A stretch of 64,000 nucleotides of DNA, taken from contig CAVTQK010000009.1 of assembly GCA_963736855.1 (NCBI GenBank), positions 320,001-384,000 of the forward strand, written 5' to 3'. The stretch is from an uncultured delta proteobacterium. Its GTDB lineage: Bacteria > Desulfobacterota > Desulfobacteria > Desulfobacterales > UBA2156. The notes under the pieces are model-generated. The model ran no database searches. It was given only the letters and a program-made list of their open reading frames with translations, and was not told the origin of the DNA. Below, one piece after another: positions 29,333-40,728 of this stretch; position 1 is the stretch's first letter, and each line of letters starts with the position of its first letter. The translations under genes and the position numbers were made by a program.

Positions 29333-30474
29333 CAAAACCAAAGAATAGTGGATCAGACACCTCCGATGCACGCATGTCGCGTGGACGCATCCGCAATGGC
29401 GCATCTTTCCCTGCGCCGCCTTCCCGCGCGGGATTACCTGCGGGTTACGCTGCATTGCTGGAAAAGATCAAAGAGCGTATCAGCACTGAGCGGCTCAAGG
29501 CGGTCATGGCCGCCAACTCCGCCATGGTGCTGCTTTACTGGGACATCGGAAACATGATTCTGGACCGGCAACAAAAGGAAGGCTGGGGCGCGAAGGTGAT
29601 AGACCGCCTTTCCGCAGACCTTCGCCGGGCGTTTCCGGACATGACCGGCCTGTCGCCCCGGAATCTCAAGTACATGCGGAGCTTTGCCGCTGCCTGGCCG
29701 GATGCGGCAATTGTGCAAGAGGCGCTTGCACAAATCACCTGGTATCATAATCTGGCGTTGATGGAGAAACTGGATACTCCTGAAGATCGCCTTTGGTATG
29801 CTGCAAAGACGATCGAAAATGGCTGGTCCCGTAACATCCTCGCTTTGCAGATTGAATCCCGCGCTCACGAACGCCACGGAAAGGCCGTGAACAACTTTGC
29901 CGTCACCCTGCCGCCCGCCGATTCCGACATGGCCGCCCAGGTTTTCAAGGACCCATACCTCTTCGACTTTCTCGGCACCGCCGATCCGCGCCGCGAGCGG
30001 GAGGTCGAGCAGGCCCTGGTGGACCACATCCAGCGATTTTTGCTGGAACTCGGGGCGGGATTTGCCTTCGTCGGACGGCAAGTCCATCTGGAGATCGGCG
30101 ACCACGATTTCTACGTTGATCTGCTGTTCTACCACCTGAAGTTGCGCCGCTATGTAGTGGTGGAACTTAAAGCAGTGCCCTTTGACCCGGGCTTTGTCGG
30201 AAAACTGAACATGTATCTTTCCGCTGTGGACGATCTGTTGAAGCATCCGGATGACCAACCGGCCATCGGCCTGCTCCTCTGCCGCTCCAAGAATAAGCTC
30301 ATCGTCGAGTATGCCCTGCGCGGCTTCACCCGACCCATCGGCGTGGCCGAATGGGAGACCCGCCTGACCAAGAGCCTCCCCAAGGAACTCAGAGGCAGCC
30401 TGCCGACCGTGAAGGAGATCGAGGCGGAATTGGCGGTGAAAATTCAGGAGAACGTCGAGGAGTTTGGAGCATGA
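29329..30474 (+). CDS. YhcG/DUF1016 PD-(D/E)XK nuclease-domain protein
   Basis: LYWDIG, WGAKVIDRLS, SPRNLKYMR, KDPYLFDFL, ELGAGFAFVGRQ, VVVELK. Confidence 0.93.
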   Translation: MTKPKNSGSDTSDARMSRGRIRNGASFPAPPSRAGLPAGYAALLEKIKERISTERLKAVMAANSAMVLLYWDIGNMILDRQQKEGWGAKVIDRLSADLRRAFPDMTGLSPRNLKYMRSFAAAWPDAAIVQEALAQITWYHNLALMEKLDTPEDRLWYAAKTIENGWSRNILALQIESRAHERHGKAVNNFAVTLPPADSDMAAQVFKDPYLFDFLGTADPRREREVEQALVDHIQRFLLELGAGFAFVGRQVHLEIGDHDFYVDLLFYHLKLRRYVVVELKAVPFDPGFVGKLNMYLSAVDDLLKHPDDQPAIGLLLCRSKNKLIVEYALRGFTRPIGVAEWETRLTKSLPKELRGSLPTVKEIEAELAVKIQENVEEFGA

Positions 30475-31605
30475 GATGGCAACTTCATCAGTTGCAGGAC
30501 CTTTGTGCCGAAATGACATCTGGAGGCACTCCGTCTACCTCGCAGTCTCAATACTACGGAGGGGATATCCCGTGGCTACGAACGCAGGAGGTCAATTTCA
30601 ATCGAGTTACCGACACAGAGATCACGATCACCGAGGACGGCCTAATCAACTCAACCGCGAAGTGGATTCCAGAGAACAGCGTAATCATTGCGATGTATGG
30701 GAATTCTGCAGGGAGAGTGGCCACCAACCAGATTCCACTGACTACGAACCAGGCGTGCTGTAACTTGATCGTTGACCCTCGAAAGGCCGACTACCGGTTC
30801 ATCTATTATCGGTTAATGCTCGACTATGACGTCCTGCATCAAATGGCAAAAGGCTCGGCTCAGAACAACCTCAATGCAGGCCAGATCAAGGCTTACGCAA
30901 TCCAGACGCCGACAGTCGAAGTGCAAGAGCGCATCGCCGACATCCTCTCCGCCTACGACGACCTGATCGAGAACAACCGGCGGCGGATGGCGCTGTTGGA
31001 GGAGGCGGCGCGGCAGCTCTACCGCGAGTGGTTCGTCCGCCTGCGCTTCCCCGGCCACGAGCACACCCGCATCACCAACGGTGTGCCGGAGGGGTGGGAG
31101 CGACAGCCCTTCGAAACAGCTCTCGTCCTTCAGCGTGGTTTCGACCTGCCTATTCAAGAATAGAGAAGATGGCGATGTGCCGATTTATGGCTCAACCGGC
31201 ATTAACGGATTCCACAGCAAGGCAAAAGTTACAGGTCCAGGTGTGGTGACGGGACGAAGTGGCACGTTGGGTGAGGTGCATTACATACCGCGTGACTTTT
31301 GGCCCTTGAACACAGCACTGTGGGTTAAAGAGTTTAAGCGTGTCACACCGCTTTTCGCTATGTTTTTGATGCGTGAGATGGACCTTAGGCAGTATAATGG
31401 TGGGGTTTCGGTTCCGACTCTCGATCGAAAAACGGTGCATAAGGCGGAAGTGTTGATACCTTCGAAGCGGCTGGTGATATCCTTCGAGGAGTTTGCCTCG
31501 CCACTTTTTCATCAGATCGGTACATTGACCGCGCAAACCGAGAAACTCCGCGCGGCCCGCGATCTCTTGTTGCCGCGCCTGATGAGCGGGGAGATCGCCG
31601 TATGA
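30471..31605 (+). CDS. hsdS: type I R-M specificity subunit; +1 frameshift near 31158
   Basis: SGGTPST TRD1, 'ERIADILSAYDDLIENNRRR' spacer, GRSGTLG TRD2, RDLLLPRLMSG end; split across ORFs 30351..31163 and 31081..31605. Confidence 0.88.
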
Positions 31606-31621
31606 TGGGAGCCACAGCGCC

Positions 31622-34600
31622 ATGATCACCGATATCAACAGCGAAGACCGCCTTGTCCAGCAGACCTTTGCGGACCACCTCCGCGACCGGCTCGGCTGGG
31701 AAAGCGTTTATGCTTACAACGCCGAGACCTTCGGGCCGCAGGGCACTTTGGGGCGGGCCTCCGAGCGCGAGGCGGTACTGGTGCGCGATCTGCGTGCGGC
31801 CCTTGGGCACCTGAATCCGGGCCTGCCCGAATCTGCCCGAGAACAGGCTGTCGAAAAGCTGGCTCGCATCGATTTTTCCCGTTCGCTCGTCCAGCATAAC
31901 CGCGAATATTACGGCTTCATTCGTGGCGGGGTGCCGGTGGAGTGGCGGGATGCAAAGGGCGAAACCCGGCACGCCCGGGCGCAGGTGATCGACTTTCGCA
32001 ATACCGGCCGCAACCGCTTCCTCGCCGTGCGCGAGCTCAAAATCCAAGGCGTACGGGTACCGCACTATAACCGGCGCGCGGACCTGGTGTGTTTCGTGAA
32101 CGGTCTGCCCATGGTCTTCATCGAGCTCAAGGCGGTCTACCGCAACATCCGCGCCGGCTTCGACGACAACCTGACCGACTACATGAGCGAACACAGCATT
32201 GCCCAGGCCTTTCATCATAACGCCTTTCTGGTGGTGAGTAACGGCGACCAGGCCCGCTACGGCTCGATCACCAGCCAATGGGAACACTTTGTCGAGTGGA
32301 AGCGAAACGCCGAGACGGATAAGGCGAGGCTGGATGCGCAGGCCCTCCTCGACGGCATGCTGGCCAAGGAACGGCTTTTGGACCTGCTTGAAAACTTCAT
32401 CCTCTTTGACGACAGCCGGGCGGGCGGTACGCGCAAGATTGTTGCGCGCAACCATCAGGTGCTCGGCGTCAATAGCGCCGTAGGAGCCGTGGTGCGGCAG
32501 GAGGAGCTCAAGCGGCAATTCCCGCCGACCGAGCGGCTGATTTCGTACCGTATGCCCAAACCGGAGTTCCTATTGGCCGCGGATGCGCCTTCGGCCGATT
32601 CGGCCTATACGACGGCCGCGCGATCCGATAACGCCAAGAACAATGAGCTGCCGCTGGTGAAGCGGGCCCATGAAGATCTGGGGCGCCTGGGTGTTTTCTG
32701 GCACACGCAGGGAAGCGGCAAGTCTTACTCCATGGCTTTTTTTGCGGAGAAGGTGCGGCGGGTGGTGCCCGGAAACTTCACCTTCCTGGTGATGACCGAC
32801 CGCGAGGACCTGGACGACCAGATCCGGCGCACCATGATCGGCTGCGGCATCACGGACGAGAAGACGCCGCGGGCAGGCTCAGGCAAGGAGCTTAATGAGA
32901 TCCTGCGCGCTAATCACCGCTTTGTCTTCAGCCTGATCCACAAGTTCAACCAGCAGGTTGTAGAGCCCTACAGCGAGCGCGACGACATCATCGTCATTTC
33001 GGATGAGGCGCACCGGACCCAGGCGGGCAGGTTCGCGCGCAACATGCGCCTGGCGCTTCCCAACGCATCGTTCATCGGTTTCACCGGCACGCCGCTCTTC
33101 AAGCACGACGAACTGACCAAGCGCATCTTCGGCGGCTACATCTCGCGTTACGACTTCAAGCGCTCCGAAGAGGATCAATTCCACCGTCAGGCTGGTCTAC
33201 GAGAACCGGGGCGAGAAGCTGGGAATCGCCCGGCTCGACCTGAACGACCGCATCGCCGACGCCGTCGAACAGGCCGATCTCGACCCGGATCAGCAAGCCC
33301 TGCTGGAGAAACTGCTCGGAAAGGACTACGAGGTGATCACGGCCGACGACCGTCTGGACAAACTGGCCGAGGATTTTGTGGAGCACTGCGCCACGCGCTG
33401 GGAGACGGGAAAATCCATGCTGGTGTGCATCGACAAGATCACCTGCGCGAGGATGTTCCAGCGCATCGAGCCGCGCTGGAAAGCCAAACTCGCCCGGCTG
33501 CAAGGGAGCATATTGGATTAAGGAGGCAACCCTTGCCGCTGCCAGCCGACACTGACCTCCGGGAGCGTTTGGGAGCGGAACTCGATGCCTTGCGGCGGAC
33601 AGGTGCGGTGGATGGAGAGTACGATCATCGAGATCGTCATCAGCGAGGCCCAGAACGAGGTCCGCGATTTTGCGAAATGGGGATTTGACATCATCCCGCA
33701 CCGGGTGGTGATGAAGACCGGCTTCGAGACACCCGACGGCAAGCGCGTGCCGGTGGAGGATGCCTTCAAGGACCCGCAACACCCTTTCCGCATCGCCATC
33801 GTCTGCGCCATGTGGCTGACCGGTTTTGACGTCGAGTGTCTGGCGACACTCTACATCGACAAACCCATGAAGGCCCACAACCTGATGCAGGCCATCGCCC
33901 GGGCCAACCGCGTGTTTCCCGGCAAAGACTGCGGCGTGATCGTGGACTACAACGGCATGCTCAAGAGCCTGCGCGAGGCCCTGGCGCAGTACGCCTTGGG
34001 CGACGAAGAAGGCGAAGGCGGGTCCGGCGGCATCGTGGCCCCGATCGAGGAACTGGTCGCGAGCCTGCTCCAGGCCATCGAAGCGGCCGAAAATCACCTG
34101 CTCGGCCTGGGCTTCGACTCCAACCCGGCTGAAGGGCGCGACCGGGTTTGACCGGATCGAGGCGCTGCGTGACGCGGTGGACGCACTCTACACCTCGGAC
34201 GAAGCCAAGCGCCGCTTCGAGATCATGGCTCGGCAGGTCTTCATCCGCTTCAAGGCCCTGCTGATGGAGCCGAGCGCGTTTGCCTATGCCGAGCGCCACG
34301 ACAACATCGAGGCCATCTACAAGAAGCTGCAGGACCGGCGCGACACGGCCGACGTGACCGAGGTGCTCAAGGCGCTGCATCGCATCGTCAACGAGGCGAT
34401 TCGCGCGGCAGCCCCGGGCGATGACCACGCCGAAGGGTTGACGGTGGACCTGAGCCGGATCGACTTCGAAAAGCTCCGGAACGAGTTTGCGAGAAAGGTA
34501 CGCCGCAAGCAGGCAGCTCTTCAGGACATCCGTGACGTGGTCGAAAAGAAGCTGGCGCAGATGCTCGCCCGAAATCCGATGCGGATGGACTATTACAAGA

Positions 34601-35034
34601 AGTACCAGGAGATCATCGCGGATTACAACCGCGAGAAGGACCGCGCAACGGTCGAAGACACTTTTGCGAAACTGATGGACCTTGCGGAAAGCCTCGATGC
34701 TGAACAGAGGCGGGCCGCGGAGGAAGGGCTGAGCGATAACGAGTTGGCGCTGTTTGATCTTCTGTTCAAGGAGAGCATCAGCAAGAAAGATCGTGAGCGT
34801 TTGAAGCAGGCCAGCCGGGGCCTGCTCTCGTCTCTGCGAGAGCTTCTAACGCCCATGCCGGGATGGCTGCACAACGTCACGACGCAGGCCGAGGTCAGAG
34901 TATTCATCCTCGATCGCCTGTACGATTCGCTGCCTCGTCCGCCATTCACCGACGATGAGACCGAGGATATTGCGTCCCGTGTCTATGACTATGTCTGGCA
35001 GAGAAGCGCCAGCGGAGAGCTGCTCGCCGCATAG
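31622..35034 (+). CDS. hsdR: type I R-M endonuclease subunit; five apparent +1 frameshifts (~33179, 33519, 33544, 33594, 34119)
   Basis: DLVCFVNGLP..IELK, WHTQGSGKS, DEAHR, FTGTP, MWLTGFD and QAIARANR spread across successive frames. Confidence 0.88.
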
Positions 35035-35094
35035 CGCCGTGAAAAAAGGGCGGTCAGCCTTGAACTACGCCGCTGGATATATGAAAAGCATACG

Positions 35095-35427
35095 ATGAAA
35101 GCAACGCTCAAGCCGTTTATCGGTAAATGGTTCATTGTGGAGATGGAGGCGTGGGACCAGGAATACGTCAATATGGAGGTTCCGGGACATTTCACATTCA
35201 AGAAAGACGGAACGGGACATTTTCAGTTCGGACTGGTCCAGGGGGAGATGGACTGCCGGCTGGAAAACATGGATGGTAAAGCACGGATCGACTTCTCCTG
35301 GGAAGGACAGGACGAGCTGGACCCCGTGAGCGGAAGGGGATGGGCCGTGATCGAAAATGAAGAACTGCACGGCCGGATCTTCTTCCACATGGGAGACGAT
35401 TCCACATTCCGGGCTATAAGATCATAA
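35095..35427 (+). CDS. hypothetical protein
   Basis: 110-aa ORF (GKWFIVEMEAWD...FSWEGQDE...GDDS) in series with its neighbours. Confidence 0.75.
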   Translation: MKATLKPFIGKWFIVEMEAWDQEYVNMEVPGHFTFKKDGTGHFQFGLVQGEMDCRLENMDGKARIDFSWEGQDELDPVSGRGWAVIENEELHGRIFFHMGDDSTFRAIRS

Positions 35428-35440
35428 AAGGCAAGCTTCC

Positions 35441-36595
35441 ATGAGCGAATACCAATACTACGAATTTCTCGCCATTGACCGACCGCTGACGGCGGATGAG
35501 ATGGCGGCGCTGCGGGCGATTTCCACCCGGGCGCGTATTTCGCCTGTGAGTTTTACCAATGAATACCATTGGGGCGATTTGAAAGCGAATCCGGAAGATC
35601 TGATGAAGCGGTTCTTTGATGCCCATGTCTATGTGGCCAACTGGATGACGGCCATATTCATGGTGCGGTTGCCCATCGAAGCGTTGCCGAAAGAAACGGC
35701 GAAGGCTTTAGCCGTGCCTTACACTTTGGATTTCAAGGCCACTCAAACCCATTGGATCATCGCATGGCATCTGGAAGAGTCCAAAAACTACGACCGCTTC
35801 GGCATGGAAGACGGCCGGGGATGGATGGCACGCCTGGCGCCGGTGCGGGACGAGTTGCTGCGCGGGGACATTCGCAGCCTGTATATCGGATGGCTGGCGG
35901 CCTTGTCCGAGAGATAATGGATGATGACGAATTGGAGCCCATCGCTGTGAATGGGCTGGGACAATTGACATCGGCCCAAAAGGCGCTAGCGGAATTTTTA
36001 GAGGTGGACCAGGACCTGCTGATCGGCGCCGGAATGGGTAATCCGGCTTCGCAAGATGAGGGGATATCCCAACAGCAGATGGATAAATGGATCGACGAAC
36101 TGCCCGACGATGAGGTAAAGGCGGTCCTTAAACAGCTCCTCAATGGCCAGGGACAGCAGGCCGAGCGGACCCTTAAAAACCGGTTTGCGGCATGGCGGCG
36201 TGGTTTGCAAAGCGATGACGGCAAGTCACCCCGGCGGTCGATAGGCAGACCTTTTGGCCAACGCCGGGACGGCTGAAAAGATCCGCCTGGAAAAGCAAAA
36301 TCGCGAAAAGCGGCAGCGGGAGGTCAAACGTCAAAAGGAACGCGAGGTATACCTTAAAAATATAGCCAAGGATTTTCCTAAGGCGTGGAAGTCGGTTCAG
36401 CGGACCGTCGAACGGGGATCGGGCTCGGCCTATGACGAGGCCTGCGGTGCTCTCGTCGATCTTTCCGAAGCCTATGCGCTTCACGCGAGCAAGGAGCGAT
36501 TCCAAGAGGAATTGAAAAAATTCATGGCCGACCACATGAGGCGCAGGGCGCTGGTCCAGAGACTGGTGAAAGCCGGCATCTGGAATGATAAATGA
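35441..36595 (+). CDS. hypothetical protein (MSEYQYYEF N-terminus), frameshifted near 35907 and 36250
   Basis: Three overlapping ORFs (35441..35917, 35752..36276, 36254..36595) read as one continuous protein. Confidence 0.7.
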
Positions 36596-36620
36596 GGCGG
36601 GTAGAATTTGGAGATAGCCG

Positions 36621-36977
36621 ATGTCCGGGTCGAATATCAAAACGGATAAAATTGAATGGTCGGGCCGTATCGTGGCTGTCCAGCCCCACATCCGGCTCAT
36701 GCGATCCTCCGATGAGCGGCACCACAGCTACCAGGACTTTGTGCTTCGTATGGACGGAACATGTGCCGGTGAGAGCGGCGAATTCATCATCGCCATCGGG
36801 AAGGCCGCACATCAAAAGCATCAGTTTCGCGTCGGTATGGAAGTGTGCGGCCTATCGAATCCTTTTCCCGATCCGCGAATGGAGATGACTGGATTTTACA
36901 AGACAAGCGGTCTTAACATACTGAAGAAGGTGGAAAATGGGTCACCTCCCGGTCCGCACGGAGGGGAAAGGCCATGA
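36621..36977 (+). CDS. hypothetical protein, possibly truncated
   Basis: GGAGA RBS; 118 aa; its stop overlaps the Fic start. Confidence 0.55.
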   Translation: MSGSNIKTDKIEWSGRIVAVQPHIRLMRSSDERHHSYQDFVLRMDGTCAGESGEFIIAIGKAAHQKHQFRVGMEVCGLSNPFPDPRMEMTGFYKTSGLNILKKVENGSPPGPHGGERP

Positions 36978-38041
36978 TGACCCTGCGGCTGTTTTCCCGG
37001 AAGTTCGAATCCGTCCCCGCTGCCACATCCTGGTACCTTGCTGACCTCGGTGAGGCGCGGGGAAAGCAGGAATTATTCACCCGCCAATCGCCGCAGCGTC
37101 TCAAGGTTCTCCGTGAGCACGCCCTTATTGAAAGCGCCGTATCGTCCAACCGGATCGAGGGCGTGGAAGTCGATCAATCACGAATCGCCACCATCGTCTT
37201 CGGCCAGCCGCTCCTGCGGGATCGTGATGAAGAGGAAGTCCGAGGATACCGGCAGGCGCTGACATGGATTCATGAGCAGAGTACGAAACTCCCTATATCG
37301 GAAGAGACCGTTTTACAACTCCACCGCCTGACACGCGGAGAGATCTGGGATGCCGGGAAATACAAGGAAAAAGACGGCGACATCATTGAAAAGTTTCCGG
37401 ATGGCAGGTCGCGGGTCCGCTTTAAAACGGTTTCTGCGGTGGACACGCCAATCTGCATGAAGGACCTGGTGGAGCTTTACGACGACGCCATCAAGGAGCG
37501 TAAAGTCCCACCTCTTGTTCTTTTAGCGGCCTTCAATCTGGATTTTCTCTGCATCCATCCTTTTCGTGACGGCAACGGTCGTGTTTCCAGGCTGCTTCTG
37601 CTCCTGCAATGCTACCATCTGGGGTTCGAGGTCGGCCGATATATCAGCCTGGAGCGCCTTATCGAACAGAACAAGGAACGGTATTACGAAACCTTAGAGC
37701 AAAGCTCCCAGGGCTGGCACGAGGGCAAACATGACCCCTGGCCATACATCAATTACATTCTTTCCATCATCAAGATGGCATATCGTGAATTCGAGCAGCG
37801 CCTTGGCCAACTTCAGAGTCCCAAGGGCGATAAAACAAGTCTCGTTCTTCACGCTATCGACAGAACTCTTGGTCCTTTCAGCGTGGCCGAAATTCAAAAC
37901 AGGTGCCCGAACGTCAGTGTGGATATGGTCCGCCGTGTCCTGAAAAATTTGCGGGCGAAAAATCAGATTGAATGCCTTGGACGCGGCCAGAATGCCAGGT
38001 GGCAAAAAACCGAAAAGTGGCAATTGGGTAATGTCGAATGA
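36974..38041 (+). CDS. Fic-family protein with C-terminal HTH-like segment
   Basis: SSNRIEG inhibitory-type motif and HPFRDGNGRVSR Fic motif. Confidence 0.93.
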   Translation: MMTLRLFSRKFESVPAATSWYLADLGEARGKQELFTRQSPQRLKVLREHALIESAVSSNRIEGVEVDQSRIATIVFGQPLLRDRDEEEVRGYRQALTWIHEQSTKLPISEETVLQLHRLTRGEIWDAGKYKEKDGDIIEKFPDGRSRVRFKTVSAVDTPICMKDLVELYDDAIKERKVPPLVLLAAFNLDFLCIHPFRDGNGRVSRLLLLLQCYHLGFEVGRYISLERLIEQNKERYYETLEQSSQGWHEGKHDPWPYINYILSIIKMAYREFEQRLGQLQSPKGDKTSLVLHAIDRTLGPFSVAEIQNRCPNVSVDMVRRVLKNLRAKNQIECLGRGQNARWQKTEKWQLGNVE

Positions 38042-38081
38042 AATGGGTAACGAATTGGGTAACGATAGGAGATCGTAATCC

Positions 38082-38570
38082 ATGACAAATCTTCCGGACA
38101 AAGCACCTCGTTCCAACTTGCTCCTCTACCAGACGGAAGACGGCGGCACGCGCATCCAAGTTCGGCTGGAGAATGAGACGGTCTGGCTGACGCAGAAGAT
38201 GATGGCCGAGCTGTTTCAAAAAGATGTCCGCACCATCAATGAACATATCCGCACCATCTACGATGAGGGGGAACTCAAACCGGAGGGAACTATCCGGAAA
38301 TTCCGGATAGTTCAACCCGAAGGCACCCGACAGGTTTCGCGGGCAGTCGATTTCTACAACCTGGACGTAATAATCTCCGTCGGCTACCGGGTGAAATCCC
38401 ACCGAGGCAGCGAATATGAAAAGTTCCGGAAACAGATGTTGGAAGAGCCGACTCCCGTGGAACGGCATTTTATTGAAGCGATCCGAGAAGTTAAAAAACT
38501 CGAGAGAAGCAAACCAGCAAGCGCGAAGAAGCAAAAGGATAGCGGCGCAAAGAGGTCAAAGGGGATATAG
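38082..38570 (+). pseudogene. RhuM-family protein with an in-frame internal deletion
   Basis: RhuM N-terminus (ETVWLTQKMMAELF...YNLDVIISVGYRVKSHRG) joins directly to a RhuM-like tail (SEYEKFR...PVERHF). Confidence 0.7.
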
Positions 38571-38718
38571 GGTGAAACACTGCGAAACGGCTCGGCCATG
38601 CGGATCAGCCCTATCACCCGGAAGTTTATGGAGATCCACGCGGAACGCGACGAAGCTAAAGCGTCATAGAAAGATTTAGGCCACCGAGTCGTTTACCTGT
38701 TGCTCAAGGATGTTTTAA

Positions 38719-39834
38719 ATGCCATTCAAAATCAAAATGTATTGGATCCTTTGGATTTTCTTGGGTTTGATCCTTGCAGGAAGTTGGGGAAATTTTTCTT
38801 TTGCAAAGATTTACAAATACCGGGATCCAAGCGGAAACTGGCATTACACGGATACACCCTCCGATGAACAAAGAGCTGAAGAAGTTGAAGGCAACAAAAG
38901 CGAATCCCATCCGATCAGCTGGGATCTGGATCGACACCTCGAAGAAAAATTGCACCCGAGAAATTCACTGGAAAAAGCCAGAAATTTTACAGTCACGATT
39001 CAAACCCCCATCGGGCTGGGTTCCGGATTTTTCATCGATGAAAACGGTTCCATAGTCACCAATCGGCATATCTTCGAGGGAGATAGGAATCAAATTGCGG
39101 CCGCGAGTCAGGTTTTCAAGGTCGAAAAGGCCCGATTGGAGCAATTTAGAAAAGAATTATTTTTATTTGCCGTCAATTTGGTCCAATACGAGGGGCTCGG
39201 TGAGGACCCGCAAATGGCTCACAGCCTGAAAAATCAGGATTTGGATTCTTTTTTAAGGCTGTACAAGGAAATCAACCGAAAAGACGCCGCTTATAAAATC
39301 AACTCGGAACGTTTCGACAAGCTGATGAAGGATTATCATCAAAGGCAGGAAAAACTCGATAAACTGAAAGAATATCTTCAAGATGCAGAAGTTCAAGCCG
39401 ACAACCCGCCGGGTTATGTGACCGTCATACTGGCCGATAATACGACTTTCGAGGCGAAATTCGTCACAAAAAGCCCTGATCACGATCTGGCCTTGTTCCA
39501 ATTGTCCGGGTATAAAACGCCGATGCCGAAAATTGGAGATGTTCTCGGTCTTCAGGCTGGGTCTCGCGTTTTTGCCATCGGAAGCCCCTTGGGCTTGAGC
39601 CATTCGGTCTCCGAAGGAATCTTTTCAGCCTTAAGAAAAGATAAGCTGGGCGCATGGATCATCCAAAGCACGGCCAAGGTCAATAAAGGCAACAGCGGCG
39701 GCCCGTTAATCGATGAACAAGGCAGGGTTTTGGGTGTCAATACGGCAAAGGTGATGGGTCCAGGGGTCGAAGGCATCAGTTTTTCCATCTCCATCCACAC
39801 GGTCATGGAAGCGTTTAAAAATGAGCTGAAATAA
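38719..39834 (+). CDS. trypsin-like serine protease with N-terminal DUF4124-like domain
   Basis: IYKYRDPSGNWHYTD; GSGFF, VTNRH, DLAL, GNSGGPL. Confidence 0.88.
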   Translation: MPFKIKMYWILWIFLGLILAGSWGNFSFAKIYKYRDPSGNWHYTDTPSDEQRAEEVEGNKSESHPISWDLDRHLEEKLHPRNSLEKARNFTVTIQTPIGLGSGFFIDENGSIVTNRHIFEGDRNQIAAASQVFKVEKARLEQFRKELFLFAVNLVQYEGLGEDPQMAHSLKNQDLDSFLRLYKEINRKDAAYKINSERFDKLMKDYHQRQEKLDKLKEYLQDAEVQADNPPGYVTVILADNTTFEAKFVTKSPDHDLALFQLSGYKTPMPKIGDVLGLQAGSRVFAIGSPLGLSHSVSEGIFSALRKDKLGAWIIQSTAKVNKGNSGGPLIDEQGRVLGVNTAKVMGPGVEGISFSISIHTVMEAFKNELK

Positions 39835-40716
39835 ATGAACCTGGACCTCCAAAAAAAATTTAGCGAGACTGAAAAATCATTAAAAAAACTCCCTGAGAGA
39901 TGCGCCGTGTGCGGAAACGACACGGGTTCGGTTTTGATGCGGCACGATCCATGGCGGGTTCTGGCCTGCACCCGATGCGGTCTCGGGGTTCTCGATCCGC
40001 GTCCTTCCGAAGACGATCTTCAAAAACTCTACGAAGCCGATTATTTTTTAAGACAATACGACGCCGGCCTGGATCCGTCATCCGCGGAGTTTCAAAAGCG
40101 GATTCAAAGCGAGGATCACCGGGTTCGATTCATCCGGAAAGCAGCCTTTTCCGGAAAAATTTTGGACATGGGTTGCGGATACGGGTATTTCCTGGAAGCC
40201 GCTCGGAAAGCCGGGTTCGAGGGAGTGGGCTATGAAATTGCGCAATGGGCTGCCCGGTATGCCTCTGATAGCCTGGGGATCCCCATCGCCATCGGCCCCT
40301 TATCGGCGGATTTGTTCGCGGCGAAGCACTTCGATATCATCTCCATGTGGCATTTTCTGGAGCACACTTCGGACCCGAACCTTACCATCGCTGCCGCGGC
40401 CGGCTGGCTGAAAGAAGACGGTGCGTTGGTGATCGACGTCCCCAACTATGAAGGGACGGATGCCCAAAAAAGCGGGGAATCCTGGGTCGGATGGCAGCTG
40501 CCGTATCACTTATACCATTTTTCACCGATTAGCTTGAAGGCGCTTCTCGAAAAGCATGGATTCACGATTTACGCGTCCAAGGATTACCACTCGGAAGTCG
40601 TCAAAAAGAAACTGGGTCGGATCCCTATCCTCCGATGGGTGGCCCGTCCCATCGCGAAATTATATTCGGGGACGAGCATCGCCGTCATCGCCCGGCGAAA
40701 AAATCCTTCGGCATAA
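39835..40716 (+). CDS. class I SAM-dependent methyltransferase with N-terminal CxxC pairs
   Basis: CAVC/CTRC; ILDMGCGYG; WHFLEH. Confidence 0.88.
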   Translation: MNLDLQKKFSETEKSLKKLPERCAVCGNDTGSVLMRHDPWRVLACTRCGLGVLDPRPSEDDLQKLYEADYFLRQYDAGLDPSSAEFQKRIQSEDHRVRFIRKAAFSGKILDMGCGYGYFLEAARKAGFEGVGYEIAQWAARYASDSLGIPIAIGPLSADLFAAKHFDIISMWHFLEHTSDPNLTIAAAAGWLKEDGALVIDVPNYEGTDAQKSGESWVGWQLPYHLYHFSPISLKALLEKHGFTIYASKDYHSEVVKKKLGRIPILRWVARPIAKLYSGTSIAVIARRKNPSA

Positions 40717-40728
40717 AAGGAGGAAGAC

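Larger units (their letters stand above)
17725..38700. mobile_element. putative tRNA-Asn-associated genomic island (right boundary approximate; no integrase or attR seen)
   Basis: Accessory cargo (selenoprotein operon, DUF4143 ATPase, type I R-M, Fic, RhuM, gene remnants) starts directly after the tRNA; core-type genes resume at about 38.7 kb. Confidence 0.5.

Noticed and set aside
31150..31165. hsdS frameshift as programmed phase variation
   Set aside because: No homopolymer or simple tandem repeat at the site; same +1 pattern as the neighbouring likely errors.
38021..38063. Three short A(A/T)TGGGTAA repeats at the end of the Fic gene
   Set aside because: Too short and few to support a function; may be a degenerate coding repeat (LGN/ELGN).
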